From an uncultured Clostridia bacterium (GTDB lineage: Bacteria; Bacillota; Clostridia; Christensenellales; CAG-917), in NCBI GenBank assembly GCA_947625145.1, contig CANQNC010000001.1:6315-70314 (forward strand): a stretch of DNA of 64,000 nt, read 5' to 3'. The position numbers and the translations under genes were made by a program. Shown in pieces: positions 47,458 to 59,774 of the stretch; the stretch's first letter is position 1; each line of letters starts with the position of its first letter. The notes under the pieces are model-generated. The model saw nothing but the letters and a program-made list of their open reading frames with translations. It did not search any database and was not told the origin of the DNA.

Positions 47458-48504
47458 ATGGACAAGGATCAATTGTTGAAGCAGGAGATCGACAAGATCA
47501 TTCTCGCGTGCAAGGACAAGGGCTTTGTGACCGAGGACGAGATCATGGCGAAGTTGGAGCATCTCAACGCCACCGCCGAGGACATGGAGGTCGTTTTCAA
47601 AGCGCTCGGCGACGCGGGCATAAAGTTGGAAGAGGCCCCGGACAGCTCGGTCGAGGAGTTGGACAAGATGATAGACAGCACCGTGGACGACTCCGTGAAG
47701 ATATACCTCAAAGACATAGGCAGAGTGCCTCTGTTGACTGCGGATCAGGAGATAGAGCTTGCAAAGCGCATCGAACAGGGCGACGAGGAAGCGAAAAAGA
47801 TCTTGAGTCAGGCAAACCTTCGCCTCGTCGTGTCCATCGCAAAGAGGTATGTGGGCAGAGGCATGCAGTTTTTGGACCTCATTCAAGAGGGCAACCTCGG
47901 CTTGATGAAGGCGGTGGATAAGTTCGACTACACAAAGGGCTTCAAGTTTTCCACGTACGCGACGTGGTGGATAAGGCAATCCATCACAAGGGCGATCGCG
48001 GATCAGGCGAGGACGATACGCATCCCCGTCCACATGGTGGAAACCATCAACAAGCAGGTGCGCGCGACAAGGCATCTTCTTCAGCTGTACGGCAGAGAGC
48101 CCACCCCCGAGGAAATCGCCAAATATCTCGGCTGTCCCGAGGAGAGAGTGCGCGAGATACAGAAGATCGCGCAGGACCCCGTCTCCCTCGAAACGCCCAT
48201 CGGCGAGGAAGAGGACAGCCATTTGGGGGATTTCATAGAGGACAACACCGCGTTGTCTCCAAGCGACGTTGCGGAAAGCAATATGCTCAAAGAACAGCTC
48301 ATACAGGTGCTCAACACGCTCACTCCGCGCGAGGAAAAGGTGCTGAGGCTCAGATACGGGCTTGACGACAGCCATCCGCGCACCCTCGAGGAAGTCGGAC
48401 GGGAGTTCAACGTCACGCGAGAGCGTATCCGCCAAATCGAGGCGAAAGCGCTCAGAAAACTTCGCCATCCCAACAGAATCAAAAAACTGCGGGACTTCGA
48501 CTGA
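47458..48504 (+). CDS. sigA: RNA polymerase primary sigma factor
   Basis: 348 aa with region 2 ([30 protein letters not shown]) and region 4.2 ([30 protein letters not shown]). RBS AAGGAGG upstream. Confidence 0.96.
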   Translation: MDKDQLLKQEIDKIILACKDKGFVTEDEIMAKLEHLNATAEDMEVVFKALGDAGIKLEEAPDSSVEELDKMIDSTVDDSVKIYLKDIGRVPLLTADQEIELAKRIEQGDEEAKKILSQANLRLVVSIAKRYVGRGMQFLDLIQEGNLGLMKAVDKFDYTKGFKFSTYATWWIRQSITRAIADQARTIRIPVHMVETINKQVRATRHLLQLYGREPTPEEIAKYLGCPEERVREIQKIAQDPVSLETPIGEEEDSHLGDFIEDNTALSPSDVAESNMLKEQLIQVLNTLTPREEKVLRLRYGLDDSHPRTLEEVGREFNVTRERIRQIEAKALRKLRHPNRIKKLRDFD

Positions 48505-49193
48505 TGCCCATACGGCTTGACGCGCGGCTTGCCCTCATCGCCTCTCTCGTCGAGGGGAGAGCGGCGGCGGACATAGGCTGCGATCACGGGAAGTTGGGAT
48601 ATTATCTCGTGGGGACGGAAAGGGTTGAGCGCGCCATTTGCACGGATATCAGCGCAAAAAGCCTGCAAAAAGCAAGCGAGCTCGCTTTTGCAAACGGAGT
48701 GAGCGACCTCATGCCCACAAGGCTTGGGGACGGGCTGGAACCCATTGCCGACCGCGAGGTGGACACCGTGGTCATCGCGGGGCTGGGCGGCGACGTGATA
48801 GCCTCCGTGTTGGAGGGCGCAAGGCGGGACGGCAAACGCTTCGCGCACTATGTGCTCTCCCCAAACACGCACCCCGAAAAGGTGAGAAGAGAGATTTTGC
48901 GGCACGGGCACAGGATAGTGTTCGACAGATTGATCGAAGTCGGCGGCAAACGCTATTCGGTGATCAAGACGGAGGAGGGGGATATGTCCCTCGACCCTTG
49001 CCGCGAGTGCTTCGGCGCGTTCTTTTGGGACGACCCGTTGGCGATAGAGGGCATAAGAGAGGAGTTGGAGTTCAAGCGCAAACTGCTTGTCCTTCGTCCC
49101 TCGGACGGGGAGCTTGTCGCTCGCGTAGGCTTGCTGTCCGCCGCGCTCGACGAGGTCGAGGCAAGATCCGAAACCGCAAAAGGGGAAGAATGA
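48504..49193 (+). CDS. trmK: tRNA (adenine22-N1)-methyltransferase TrmK family
   Basis: 229 aa with ADIGCDHGKLGYYL and IAGLGGDVI motifs. It occupies the conserved position after sigA, and its start overlaps the sigA stop (TGATG). Confidence 0.8.
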   Translation: MPIRLDARLALIASLVEGRAAADIGCDHGKLGYYLVGTERVERAICTDISAKSLQKASELAFANGVSDLMPTRLGDGLEPIADREVDTVVIAGLGGDVIASVLEGARRDGKRFAHYVLSPNTHPEKVRREILRHGHRIVFDRLIEVGGKRYSVIKTEEGDMSLDPCRECFGAFFWDDPLAIEGIREELEFKRKLLVLRPSDGELVARVGLLSAALDEVEARSETAKGEE

Positions 49194-49194
49194 T

Positions 49195-49938
49195 ATGAAA
49201 ATAGCGCAAATCACAGAGCTTTTGGAGGAGTTCGCCCCCGTCGAACTCGCCATGGAAGGAGACAGGATAGGAATGATGGTCGGGGACCGCGACGCGGAAT
49301 GCGATACTGTCTGCGTTGCGCTCGATCTCACGCCGTCAGTTTTGAAAGACGCGATAGACGGCGGCGCACAGCTGATCGTCACGCATCATCCCTTCATATG
49401 GGACCCTCTCGCGCGCGTGCTGACGGGCGAAAAGGACGGCAAAGGGAACGTCATCGCCACGCTCATCAAGCGCGGGATAGCGGTGTACTCTATGCATACA
49501 AACCTCGACATGGCGCCAAAGGGATTGAATATGACCCTCGCCGCTCGGCTGGGCGGGACGCCCGAAAGGGATGAATTCGGGGTCGTTTTCCGCGCGGATC
49601 GCACTCTGAAGAAGCTGGCTGAGGACGTCGCGGAGGAGATCGGCGACCGCTCGGTGCGCTTTGTGGGGGACCCCGAGGCGACGGTGCGCAAGGCGTACCT
49701 TGTGACGGGCAGCGGCGGTTGCGCCTTCGACAGGGCGGCGGAAGTCGCGGATTGCCTCATCACGGGGGAGCTGAAGCATCATCAATATCTGGACGCGCTC
49801 GAAAGAGGGCTGATGCTTGTGGAATTTTCCCACTACCACAGCGAAATCATCATGCAGGATATCCTGCCCGACGCGTTGGCGGGGACGGGGTTGAAAATAA
49901 TCAAGGCGGCGCAGAGCTGCCCGTTTTGGAGGATCTGA
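49195..49938 (+). CDS. Nif3-like dinuclear metal centre protein (YqfO family)
   Basis: 247 aa with THHPFIW, YSMHTNLD and EFSHYHSE motifs. Confidence 0.85.
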   Translation: MKIAQITELLEEFAPVELAMEGDRIGMMVGDRDAECDTVCVALDLTPSVLKDAIDGGAQLIVTHHPFIWDPLARVLTGEKDGKGNVIATLIKRGIAVYSMHTNLDMAPKGLNMTLAARLGGTPERDEFGVVFRADRTLKKLAEDVAEEIGDRSVRFVGDPEATVRKAYLVTGSGGCAFDRAAEVADCLITGELKHHQYLDALERGLMLVEFSHYHSEIIMQDILPDALAGTGLKIIKAAQSCPFWRI

Positions 49939-49940
49939 CA

Positions 49941-50654
49941 ATGGCTATCAAGGAAATTTTGGAATACCAAAGGATAGACCAAGAGCTTTTGGCTCTTGAA
50001 AATCAGCTTGCAAAAAGCCCGGAAAGGCAACGCTTTTTGCAGGCGACGGCGCAGGTCAAGGCGGCGGAAGAGACCATAAGCAAGCTCAACCGCGAGGCGA
50101 ACGAGCTGTTTGGCGAGTACAACGCGATCAAGAGCAAGTTGGACGAGTTGAAAGAGGAGCTGGACGGCTTCGACGGCATACTCGACGAGGTGCAGGACCC
50201 CGCCGAGGCGGAGCACTATCTGAAACTTGTCGGCGCGATATCCGAACAGATGAACGCGCTTGAAAAGGCGCTGCAAGCGTTGGGCGGAAAGTTGGATAGG
50301 CTGAAAGACAGCTATTCAAAGACGTTCAACCAAGGCAAGAGCGCGGTCGCCGCACAGCGCAGCGCGAAGGCGGCGTACGACGCAAAGAGGGAGGAGCTTG
50401 CCCCGCGCGCTGAGGAGATACAAAGACAGCTCAAGGAGCTTGCGACAAAGATCCCCGAAAAATTGCTTGCCGCGTACGAGGCGCTTAGGGCGGCGAGGAA
50501 GATGCCCGCGGTCGTGCCCTACGACGTCAAGCAGAGCAACTGCGGAGGATGCAGAATGGAAGTGGCAAACAACATTCGCGCAAGGTTGAAAAACCCGGGA
50601 GACATGGCGGAGTGCCCCAACTGCCGCCGGATCATGTACGTGCCCGAGGAATGA
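49941..50654 (+). CDS. Coiled-coil protein with C-terminal C4 zinc ribbon (COG1579-like)
   Basis: Track ORF 49719..50654. I prefer the ATG at 49941 (MAIKEILEYQ). A long heptad-rich region is followed by CGGCRMEV...CPNCRRIMY. This is the conserved neighbour of nif3. Confidence 0.75.
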   Translation: MAIKEILEYQRIDQELLALENQLAKSPERQRFLQATAQVKAAEETISKLNREANELFGEYNAIKSKLDELKEELDGFDGILDEVQDPAEAEHYLKLVGAISEQMNALEKALQALGGKLDRLKDSYSKTFNQGKSAVAAQRSAKAAYDAKREELAPRAEEIQRQLKELATKIPEKLLAAYEALRAARKMPAVVPYDVKQSNCGGCRMEVANNIRARLKNPGDMAECPNCRRIMYVPEE

Positions 50655-50711
50655 TGTTTTTGCAAAAACAATGGTTTGAACAGACAAAACCGCGGTTTAA
50701 ACCCGCGATAG

Positions 50712-53816
<3,105 letters not shown>

Positions 53817-53825
53817 GGGGGAGAT

Positions 53826-54746
53826 ATGAGGACAAATTTGCTTGTCAAGGCGTTTTGGAAAAACGTGGAGAAAAAGGACGCCAAACGCAAAGCGGCGCAA
53901 TCCGCGCCCGACTTCGACGACGCCCTGCTTGACATTGACTATGCGGGGGACGGGCGTCCCATGCACACCCTCAACATTTACCGCCCCAAGGGACAAAAGG
54001 GGCTTTTGCCCGTCATACTCGACGTCCACGGCGGCGGCTGGTATTACGGCGACAAGGAGCTCAACGAGTATTTTTGCCGCTCTCTTGTGGGTTACGGCTT
54101 CGCGGTCGCGGACATGAGCTATATCCTCGCCCCCGAGGCGGACGTGTTTGCGCAGGTCAAGGACGTGTTCCGCGCCATGAGCTTTTTGAAGAGCCACGCG
54201 GAGGAGTTCGGGCTGGACATGGACAAGTTTTTCCTCGTCGGGGACAGTGCGGGCGGACATCTTGTCGGGCTTGCGATCAACATCGCAAAGTCAGAGGATT
54301 TGCGCCGTCGCTTCGACGTACAGCCCGAGGCGGACGTCAAAGCCGCGGGCTTGATATGCCCCGCGGCGGATCCTCTGGACATGTTTTCGTTGCCGAAGTG
54401 GATGATGAAGTTCTACTTCAATCCCATTTTGGGCAAAGGCTATCTCAAAAACGGCGTCGCGGAGCTGTGCTCGTTCACAAAGATCCTGCAAAAGGACGTC
54501 TGCCCCTGCTTTGTCGTATCCTCGTACGCGGACATGCTCAAAAAGTCGAGCGTCGCGGCGTACGAAGCGCTGATCGCGCAGGGGACAAAGGCGGAGCTGT
54601 TCCTGCTCGAACAGCCCATGGTCGAAGGGCACGAGCTAGAGCACGTTTTCAACGTGTTGTATTGGGATTGGGAAGAGTCAATGGCGGCAAACTCCGCCAT
54701 GTGCGATTTTTTCAAGGGAGTCCTGACGGACAGTCCCGAAAGTTGA
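53826..54746 (+). CDS. Alpha/beta hydrolase, HSL-like esterase/lipase (Abhydrolase_3)
   Basis: 306 aa with the oxyanion motif HGGGW and the nucleophile elbow GDSAGG. Confidence 0.8.
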   Translation: MRTNLLVKAFWKNVEKKDAKRKAAQSAPDFDDALLDIDYAGDGRPMHTLNIYRPKGQKGLLPVILDVHGGGWYYGDKELNEYFCRSLVGYGFAVADMSYILAPEADVFAQVKDVFRAMSFLKSHAEEFGLDMDKFFLVGDSAGGHLVGLAINIAKSEDLRRRFDVQPEADVKAAGLICPAADPLDMFSLPKWMMKFYFNPILGKGYLKNGVAELCSFTKILQKDVCPCFVVSSYADMLKKSSVAAYEALIAQGTKAELFLLEQPMVEGHELEHVFNVLYWDWEESMAANSAMCDFFKGVLTDSPES

Positions 54747-54759
54747 GTTTTTCGGAAAA

Positions 54760-56199
54760 ATGAAGAAGAGGGAAGAGGACAGAGATCGCAACGGCTCGGT
54801 CGAGCAAACGCTCAGGAGACATTCGGAGGAGGGATATCTCCCTTTTCATATGCCGGGGCACAAGCGCGACCCGAGATTTACCCACCTCATGGGGCTTCAA
54901 ACCGTGGACTTTACGGATATGGGGGAGTTTGACGACCCCTATTGCCCAAGCGGGATCTTGAAGGATGCGGAGGAGCGCGCGCAGGCGCTGTTCAAAGTCA
55001 AGTGTTCCCGTCTTTTGGTCGGGGGAAGCACTATGGGCAACCTCGTCGCCATCCGCACTCTCGCAAGAGAGGGAGACGCCGTGCTTGTGGCAAGAAACAA
55101 CCACAAGAGCGTCTACAACGCGCTTGAGATCAATCGCTTGCGCCCGACCTACGTCTATCCCGAATTTTTACGGCAGGGCTTTTACGGCTCGCTGTCCCCG
55201 AAGCAGGTGGAAGAGGCGCTCGACCGCGACAAAAGCATAAGGCTCGTCGTCCTCGTCAGCCCAACTTACGAGGGCGTGATCAGCGACATAGCTTCTATCG
55301 CGGAAGTTTGCAGAAAAAAAGACGTCCTGTTGCTTGTGGACGAGGCGCACGGCTCTCATCTTGGGCTGGACCCCCGCTTCCCGCAGAGCGCGCGCGCGTT
55401 GGGCGCGGACATAGTGGTCAACAGCTTGCACAAGACCCTTGCAAGCCTTACGCAGACCGCGATCATGCACGTATGCTCGGATCGCGTGGACGTGGGTAGG
55501 CTGGACGAAAGCCTCGCCATGTTTCAAACGACGTCGCCGTCCTACATTCTGTTTTCCTCTATTGACGGATGCATACGCCAAACAAGCTCGGAGGGGCTGT
55601 CTGAGTGGGCGCAAGCCGCGCTCGAGGCAAGGCGACGGCTCGCAAACCTGAAACACATACGGCTGTTTGACGGCGAAGGCGTTTTTGCAACGGACCCCAC
55701 TCGCTTCGTCTTTGATCTGACAAGCACAGACCTCAGCGGCGAGGCGTTTGCGGATATGATGAAATCGAAGCGCGTCGAGCTTGAAATGACAAGCGCGAAG
55801 TACGCCATCGCGCTCTCCGCCGCGGGGGACGACAGGCACAGCCTCACAAGGCTTGCGGAAGTTGCGGAGGAGATAGACGGCGGGTTGAAAGACCGTCAAG
55901 CGATGGTTCCGCCTCGCCCGCCCGTCCCGCAACGCGCGTATTTTGCGTACGAAGCGGACGGAATGGACGGAGAGGAAATCCCTCTTGCCGAGGCCGAGGG
56001 GCGAGTGTGCGCGGAAAACGTTTGGGCGTATCCCCCGGGGTGCCCGATCGTCGCGAAGGGAGAGATATTTTCAAAAGAGGCGGTGGACTACGCGCTGACT
56101 TTGAAGGCGGCGGGCTGCCATGTCGGCGGAACAAGGCGGTCCGAGAACATAAGAGTGCTGTCGCAAACGCCCAATACGCTTGACAAGGGCGATATGTGA
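54760..56199 (+). CDS. PLP-dependent Orn/Lys/Arg decarboxylase family protein
   Basis: 479 aa with HMPGHK, DEAHGSH, and the PLP-lysine context NSLHKTLASLTQ. Confidence 0.8.
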   Translation: MKKREEDRDRNGSVEQTLRRHSEEGYLPFHMPGHKRDPRFTHLMGLQTVDFTDMGEFDDPYCPSGILKDAEERAQALFKVKCSRLLVGGSTMGNLVAIRTLAREGDAVLVARNNHKSVYNALEINRLRPTYVYPEFLRQGFYGSLSPKQVEEALDRDKSIRLVVLVSPTYEGVISDIASIAEVCRKKDVLLLVDEAHGSHLGLDPRFPQSARALGADIVVNSLHKTLASLTQTAIMHVCSDRVDVGRLDESLAMFQTTSPSYILFSSIDGCIRQTSSEGLSEWAQAALEARRRLANLKHIRLFDGEGVFATDPTRFVFDLTSTDLSGEAFADMMKSKRVELEMTSAKYAIALSAAGDDRHSLTRLAEVAEEIDGGLKDRQAMVPPRPPVPQRAYFAYEADGMDGEEIPLAEAEGRVCAENVWAYPPGCPIVAKGEIFSKEAVDYALTLKAAGCHVGGTRRSENIRVLSQTPNTLDKGDM

Positions 56200-56236
56200 G
56201 TATATAATGTTGTCATCAACATAGAGGAGCGTAATT

Positions 56237-56383
56237 ATGAAAAGGATTGTCACATTGAAAACACGCGATCTTAACGCCGACAAGAGCACAAGCGGTTGCG
56301 GCGAATGTCAAACTTCCTGCCAATCCGCATGCAAGACTTCCTGCGGCGTCGCCAATCAGAAGTGCGAAAAAGCGGCAAAGTGA
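56237..56383 (+). CDS. scfA: SCIFF (six-cysteines-in-forty-five) ribosomal peptide precursor
   Basis: Not in the supplied ORF track (48 aa). Translation is MKRIVTLKTRDLNADKSTSGCGECQTSCQSACKTSCGVANQKCEKAAK, which contains the invariant GCGECQTSCQSACKTSC core. RBS GAGGAG lies 8 nt upstream. It sits directly upstream of the maturase. Confidence 0.9.
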   Translation: MKRIVTLKTRDLNADKSTSGCGECQTSCQSACKTSCGVANQKCEKAAK

Positions 56384-56410
56384 TCCGCACGTACGATTGA
56401 CGGGACACAT

Positions 56411-56434
56411 CGCCTAGCGCGGCTAGGCGTTTTT
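56411..56434 (+). terminator. Intrinsic terminator/attenuator 1 between scfA and scfB
   Basis: Hairpin CGCCTAGC-gcg-GCTAGGCG followed by TTTTT. Confidence 0.7.
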
Positions 56435-56437
56435 CGT

Positions 56438-56464
56438 AAGCGGCGTTTTTCCGCTTGATTTTTT
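56438..56464 (+). terminator. Intrinsic terminator/attenuator 2 between scfA and scfB
   Basis: Hairpin AAGCGG-cgttttt-CCGCTT followed by GATTTTTT. Confidence 0.55.
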
Positions 56465-56469
56465 GAGCT

Positions 56470-57852
56470 ATGGTCCATTGTTATACACTCGGGGGATACA
56501 ACATCGCGCTTGATCGCGCGTCAAACAGCGTCCATTGCGTTGACAAAGTTGCGTTTGAACTTATCAAAAACTACGAAAACATGGGCAGAGAGGAGCTGGT
56601 CGGCAGCGTTCTCGCCAAGTTTTCGGGGCTGACAAGGCAGGACGCGTACGACTGCCTCGACGACATCGAGGAGTTGAAAAGGCAGGGCAAACTGTTTGCC
56701 GAGGACAAATTCAAACCCGATATTCAGGCGCTTGCAAAACGCAAACCAAGCATAAAAGCGCTGTGTTTGCACGTGGCGCACACCTGCAATCTGAATTGCG
56801 AATATTGCTTTGCGGCGCAGGGGAAGTATCACGGCGAAAGAGCGCTCATGTCCTTTGAAACGGGCAAGCGCGCGCTCGATTTTTTGATCGAGCAAAGCGC
56901 GGGCAGACACAACCTCGAAGTAGACTTCTTCGGCGGCGAGCCTCTGATGAATTTCGAAGTCGTAAAACGCCTTGTGGCGTACGCGCGCGAGAGGGAAAAG
57001 GAGTGCGGGAAACGCTTCCGCTTCACTCTCACCACAAACGGAATGTTGATAGACGACGAGGTGATCGACTTCGCAAACCGCGAGATGGACAACGTTGTGC
57101 TCTCTCTTGACGGCAGAAAAGAGGTCAACGACAGGTTCAGAAAGACCGTGGGCGGCGTGGGCAGCTTCGACGTCATCGTACCCAAATTCAAAAAGCTGGT
57201 CGAGGCGAGAGGGGGGGAGCATTACTATATCCGCGGCACGTTCACGCACTTCAATCCCGACTTCACAAACGACATTCAAACGATGCTGGATCTTGGCTTT
57301 TCCGAGTTGAGCATGGAGCCTGTCGTGTGTCCTCCCTCCGACCCCTACGCGCTGACCGAGCGGGACAAGCAGATCGTCCTCGAACAGTACGAAAAGCTTG
57401 CCTTCATGATGCTTGAAGCGGAAAAGGAGGGGAAGCCTTTCACGTTTTATCACTATATGCTCGACCTCGAGCACGGCCCGTGCGTCTACAAACGCGTTTC
57501 GGGGTGCGGAAGCGGGACGGAGTATCTTGCGGTGACCCCAACGGGCGAGCTGTACCCCTGCCACCAATTTGTGGGCAACAAGGACTTCCTGATGGGAGAC
57601 TTGGAGCACGGCGTCACGCGCGAGGACATCCGCGAGGGCTTCAAAAAGCTCAACGCCTATTCCCGCAAGGAGTGCGAGGATTGTTGGGCGCGCCTCTATT
57701 GTTCGGGGGGGTGCGCGGCAAATTCCTATCACGCTACAGGGGACATAAACGGCACGTGCGCCTCTCAATGCGAGCTGTTCAAAAAGCGCATAGAGTGCGC
57801 GATCATGCTCAACGTCGCAAGACAGCTCGGCGCTCCGCTCGACAACGATTGA
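56470..57852 (+). CDS. scfB: SCIFF radical SAM/SPASM maturase (thioether cross-link forming)
   Basis: 460 aa with the radical SAM CNLNCEYCFA motif and C-terminal SPASM cysteines (CGSG...C, CxxCxxxxxC...C). Confidence 0.92.
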   Translation: MVHCYTLGGYNIALDRASNSVHCVDKVAFELIKNYENMGREELVGSVLAKFSGLTRQDAYDCLDDIEELKRQGKLFAEDKFKPDIQALAKRKPSIKALCLHVAHTCNLNCEYCFAAQGKYHGERALMSFETGKRALDFLIEQSAGRHNLEVDFFGGEPLMNFEVVKRLVAYAREREKECGKRFRFTLTTNGMLIDDEVIDFANREMDNVVLSLDGRKEVNDRFRKTVGGVGSFDVIVPKFKKLVEARGGEHYYIRGTFTHFNPDFTNDIQTMLDLGFSELSMEPVVCPPSDPYALTERDKQIVLEQYEKLAFMMLEAEKEGKPFTFYHYMLDLEHGPCVYKRVSGCGSGTEYLAVTPTGELYPCHQFVGNKDFLMGDLEHGVTREDIREGFKKLNAYSRKECEDCWARLYCSGGCAANSYHATGDINGTCASQCELFKKRIECAIMLNVARQLGAPLDND

Positions 57853-57954
57853 CCCGCGTCGTTTGCAAAATCGCGGGTTTATCATCGCAAAACAGCGCAA
57901 TAAACCTTTCTTTTGCGCAGATATGCGATTTTACACAAACGTTTACAACATAAA

Positions 57955-57994
57955 ACAAAAAAGCCCCTTTCGGGAACGCAGGGGGCTTTCTTTA
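57955..57994. terminator. Bidirectional Rho-independent terminator (scfB / proS)
   Basis: AAAAAA-GCCCCT-ttcgggaacgc-AGGGGGC-TTTCTTT. On the minus strand the stem is followed by TTTTTTGTTTTAT. Confidence 0.8.
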
Positions 57995-58017
57995 TGCAAA
58001 GTTTTGCGCCGCAAAAA

Positions 58018-59463
58018 TCAATAGCTCTTTGCGAAGTAGATGACCTTGTTCGCCTCTTTGCCACAGCACACGCAAGCGTCTCCCACGGGGGTTTGGTCAA
58101 ATGGCATGACGCGGGACGTCGCGGCGAGAGAGGCCTTTATCTTGTCCTCACATTCGCGGCAACCGCACCACATCGCCTTGACGAAGCAGTGGTCGTCAAG
58201 CGCTTCCTTCATTTCGTCCATGTCCTTGCAGACCTTGATATGCGAGTGCAAAAACTCATGCGACATTGCAAACATGTTGTCGTGGATGGCGTCAAGCAGA
58301 GCGGGGATCTCCTTTTCGAGGGCTTCGAAGGAGACGAACAGCTTTTCGTGCGTGTCGCGGCGGACTGCGGCGACGTGGCCGTTTTCGATGTCACGAGGCC
58401 CGATCTCGAGGCGGAGAGGCACGCCCTTCATCTCCCACTCGTTGTACTTCCAACCCACGGACTGATCGCGGACGTCGAGTTCCACGCGCACTCCCGCGGC
58501 TTTCAGCATATCCGAGACCTCTTGCGCCTTTTCAAGCACGCCTTCCTTGTGCACGGCGACGGGGACGATCACCACTTGGATGGGCGCGACCCTCGGCGGC
58601 AGTTTCAGCCCGCGCTGATCGCCGTGCGCCATAATGAGCGCGCCTATCAGCCTTGTGGACACTCCCCAGCTCGTCTGATAGGGGTTTTTGAGTTGTCCGT
58701 CGCTGTCGAGATATTTGATCTCAAACGCCGAGGCGAAGTTTTTGCCCAGATAGTGCGAAGTGCCCGCTTGCAGGGATTTGCCGTCCAGCATCATGGCTTC
58801 CATGGCGTAGGTTTCAACGGCGCCCGCAAACTTTTCCTTTTCGGATTTCACTCCCGTCAGCACGTCGATCGCGAGGACGTTTTGCATAAACTCGCGATAC
58901 ACTTCCAACATGCGCAGGGTCTCCTCTTTCGCCTCTTCCTCTGTCGCGTGCAGGGTATGTCCCTCTTGCCACAAAAACTCGCTTGTGCGCAAAAACGGAC
59001 GCGTGGTCTTTTCCCAGCGGACGACGTTTGCCCACTGATTGATCAGCACGGGCAGATCGCGATAGCTCTGCACCCACTTCGCGTACATGGAGCAGATGAT
59101 GGTTTCGGACGTGGGGCGGACGACCAACTTCTCTTCAAGCGGTGTGTCCCCGACGTGAGTGACCAGCGCGACCTCGGGCGCAAAGCCCTCCACGTGCTCG
59201 GACTCTTTGACCAAAAAGCTGTAGGGTATCAGCATGGGGAAATAGGCGTTGCGGTGTCCCGTCGCCTTAAAGCGCTTGTCCAGCTCGTCCTGTATCCTCT
59301 CCCATATCTCATAGCCGTAGGGGCGGATCACCATGGTGCCCTTCACGGGGCCGTAATCCACAAGCTGAGTTTTCAGCACCACGTCTGTGTACCACTGCGG
59401 AAAATCCGCGTTCATGTCCGCGATTTCCTTGACAAATTGCTTATCGCTGCCGTGCTTTGCCAT
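58018..59463 (-). CDS. proS: Proline--tRNA ligase (archaeal/eukaryote-like short form)
   Basis: Track ORF 58018..59478. I prefer the ATG at 59463 after TGGAGTGA. It has class II motifs, FPQWYTDVV..., and a C-terminal zinc-binding CxxC...CxxC (AMWCGCRECE...CVCCGKEA). Confidence 0.92.
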   Translation of the reverse strand: MAKHGSDKQFVKEIADMNADFPQWYTDVVLKTQLVDYGPVKGTMVIRPYGYEIWERIQDELDKRFKATGHRNAYFPMLIPYSFLVKESEHVEGFAPEVALVTHVGDTPLEEKLVVRPTSETIICSMYAKWVQSYRDLPVLINQWANVVRWEKTTRPFLRTSEFLWQEGHTLHATEEEAKEETLRMLEVYREFMQNVLAIDVLTGVKSEKEKFAGAVETYAMEAMMLDGKSLQAGTSHYLGKNFASAFEIKYLDSDGQLKNPYQTSWGVSTRLIGALIMAHGDQRGLKLPPRVAPIQVVIVPVAVHKEGVLEKAQEVSDMLKAAGVRVELDVRDQSVGWKYNEWEMKGVPLRLEIGPRDIENGHVAAVRRDTHEKLFVSFEALEKEIPALLDAIHDNMFAMSHEFLHSHIKVCKDMDEMKEALDDHCFVKAMWCGCRECEDKIKASLAATSRVMPFDQTPVGDACVCCGKEANKVIYFAKSY

Positions 59464-59774
59464 ATTCACTCCAATCAAAGCGTAAATTTTGAATACATTA
59501 TAAACCCGCGCGTGGATTTTGGCAACCGCTCAAACGCATAATGGCGCTAAATATCCTCGGGACCCGCGGACGAAAACGCCGATTTGCTCAACACTGTGGA
59601 AAGCAAAAAAGGCGCGTGGTCGGATTTGCTTCGATCAACCTAAATAAGAGTTGCGCGTTTTTGGTAAAATTTGCAAAAAGTTTTTTCATAAGATACAAAA
59701 GACACAAATGATATTGAAATCCGTTAAAATAATATGATATAATAAACAAAATCTTTGTTTTGCCGGAGGAAATA

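Noticed and set aside
59464-59700. T-box leader upstream of proS
   Set aside because: I could not find the conserved T-box sequence (AGGGTGGNACCGCG-like) or a specifier/antiterminator arrangement by eye. A covariance-model scan would settle this.
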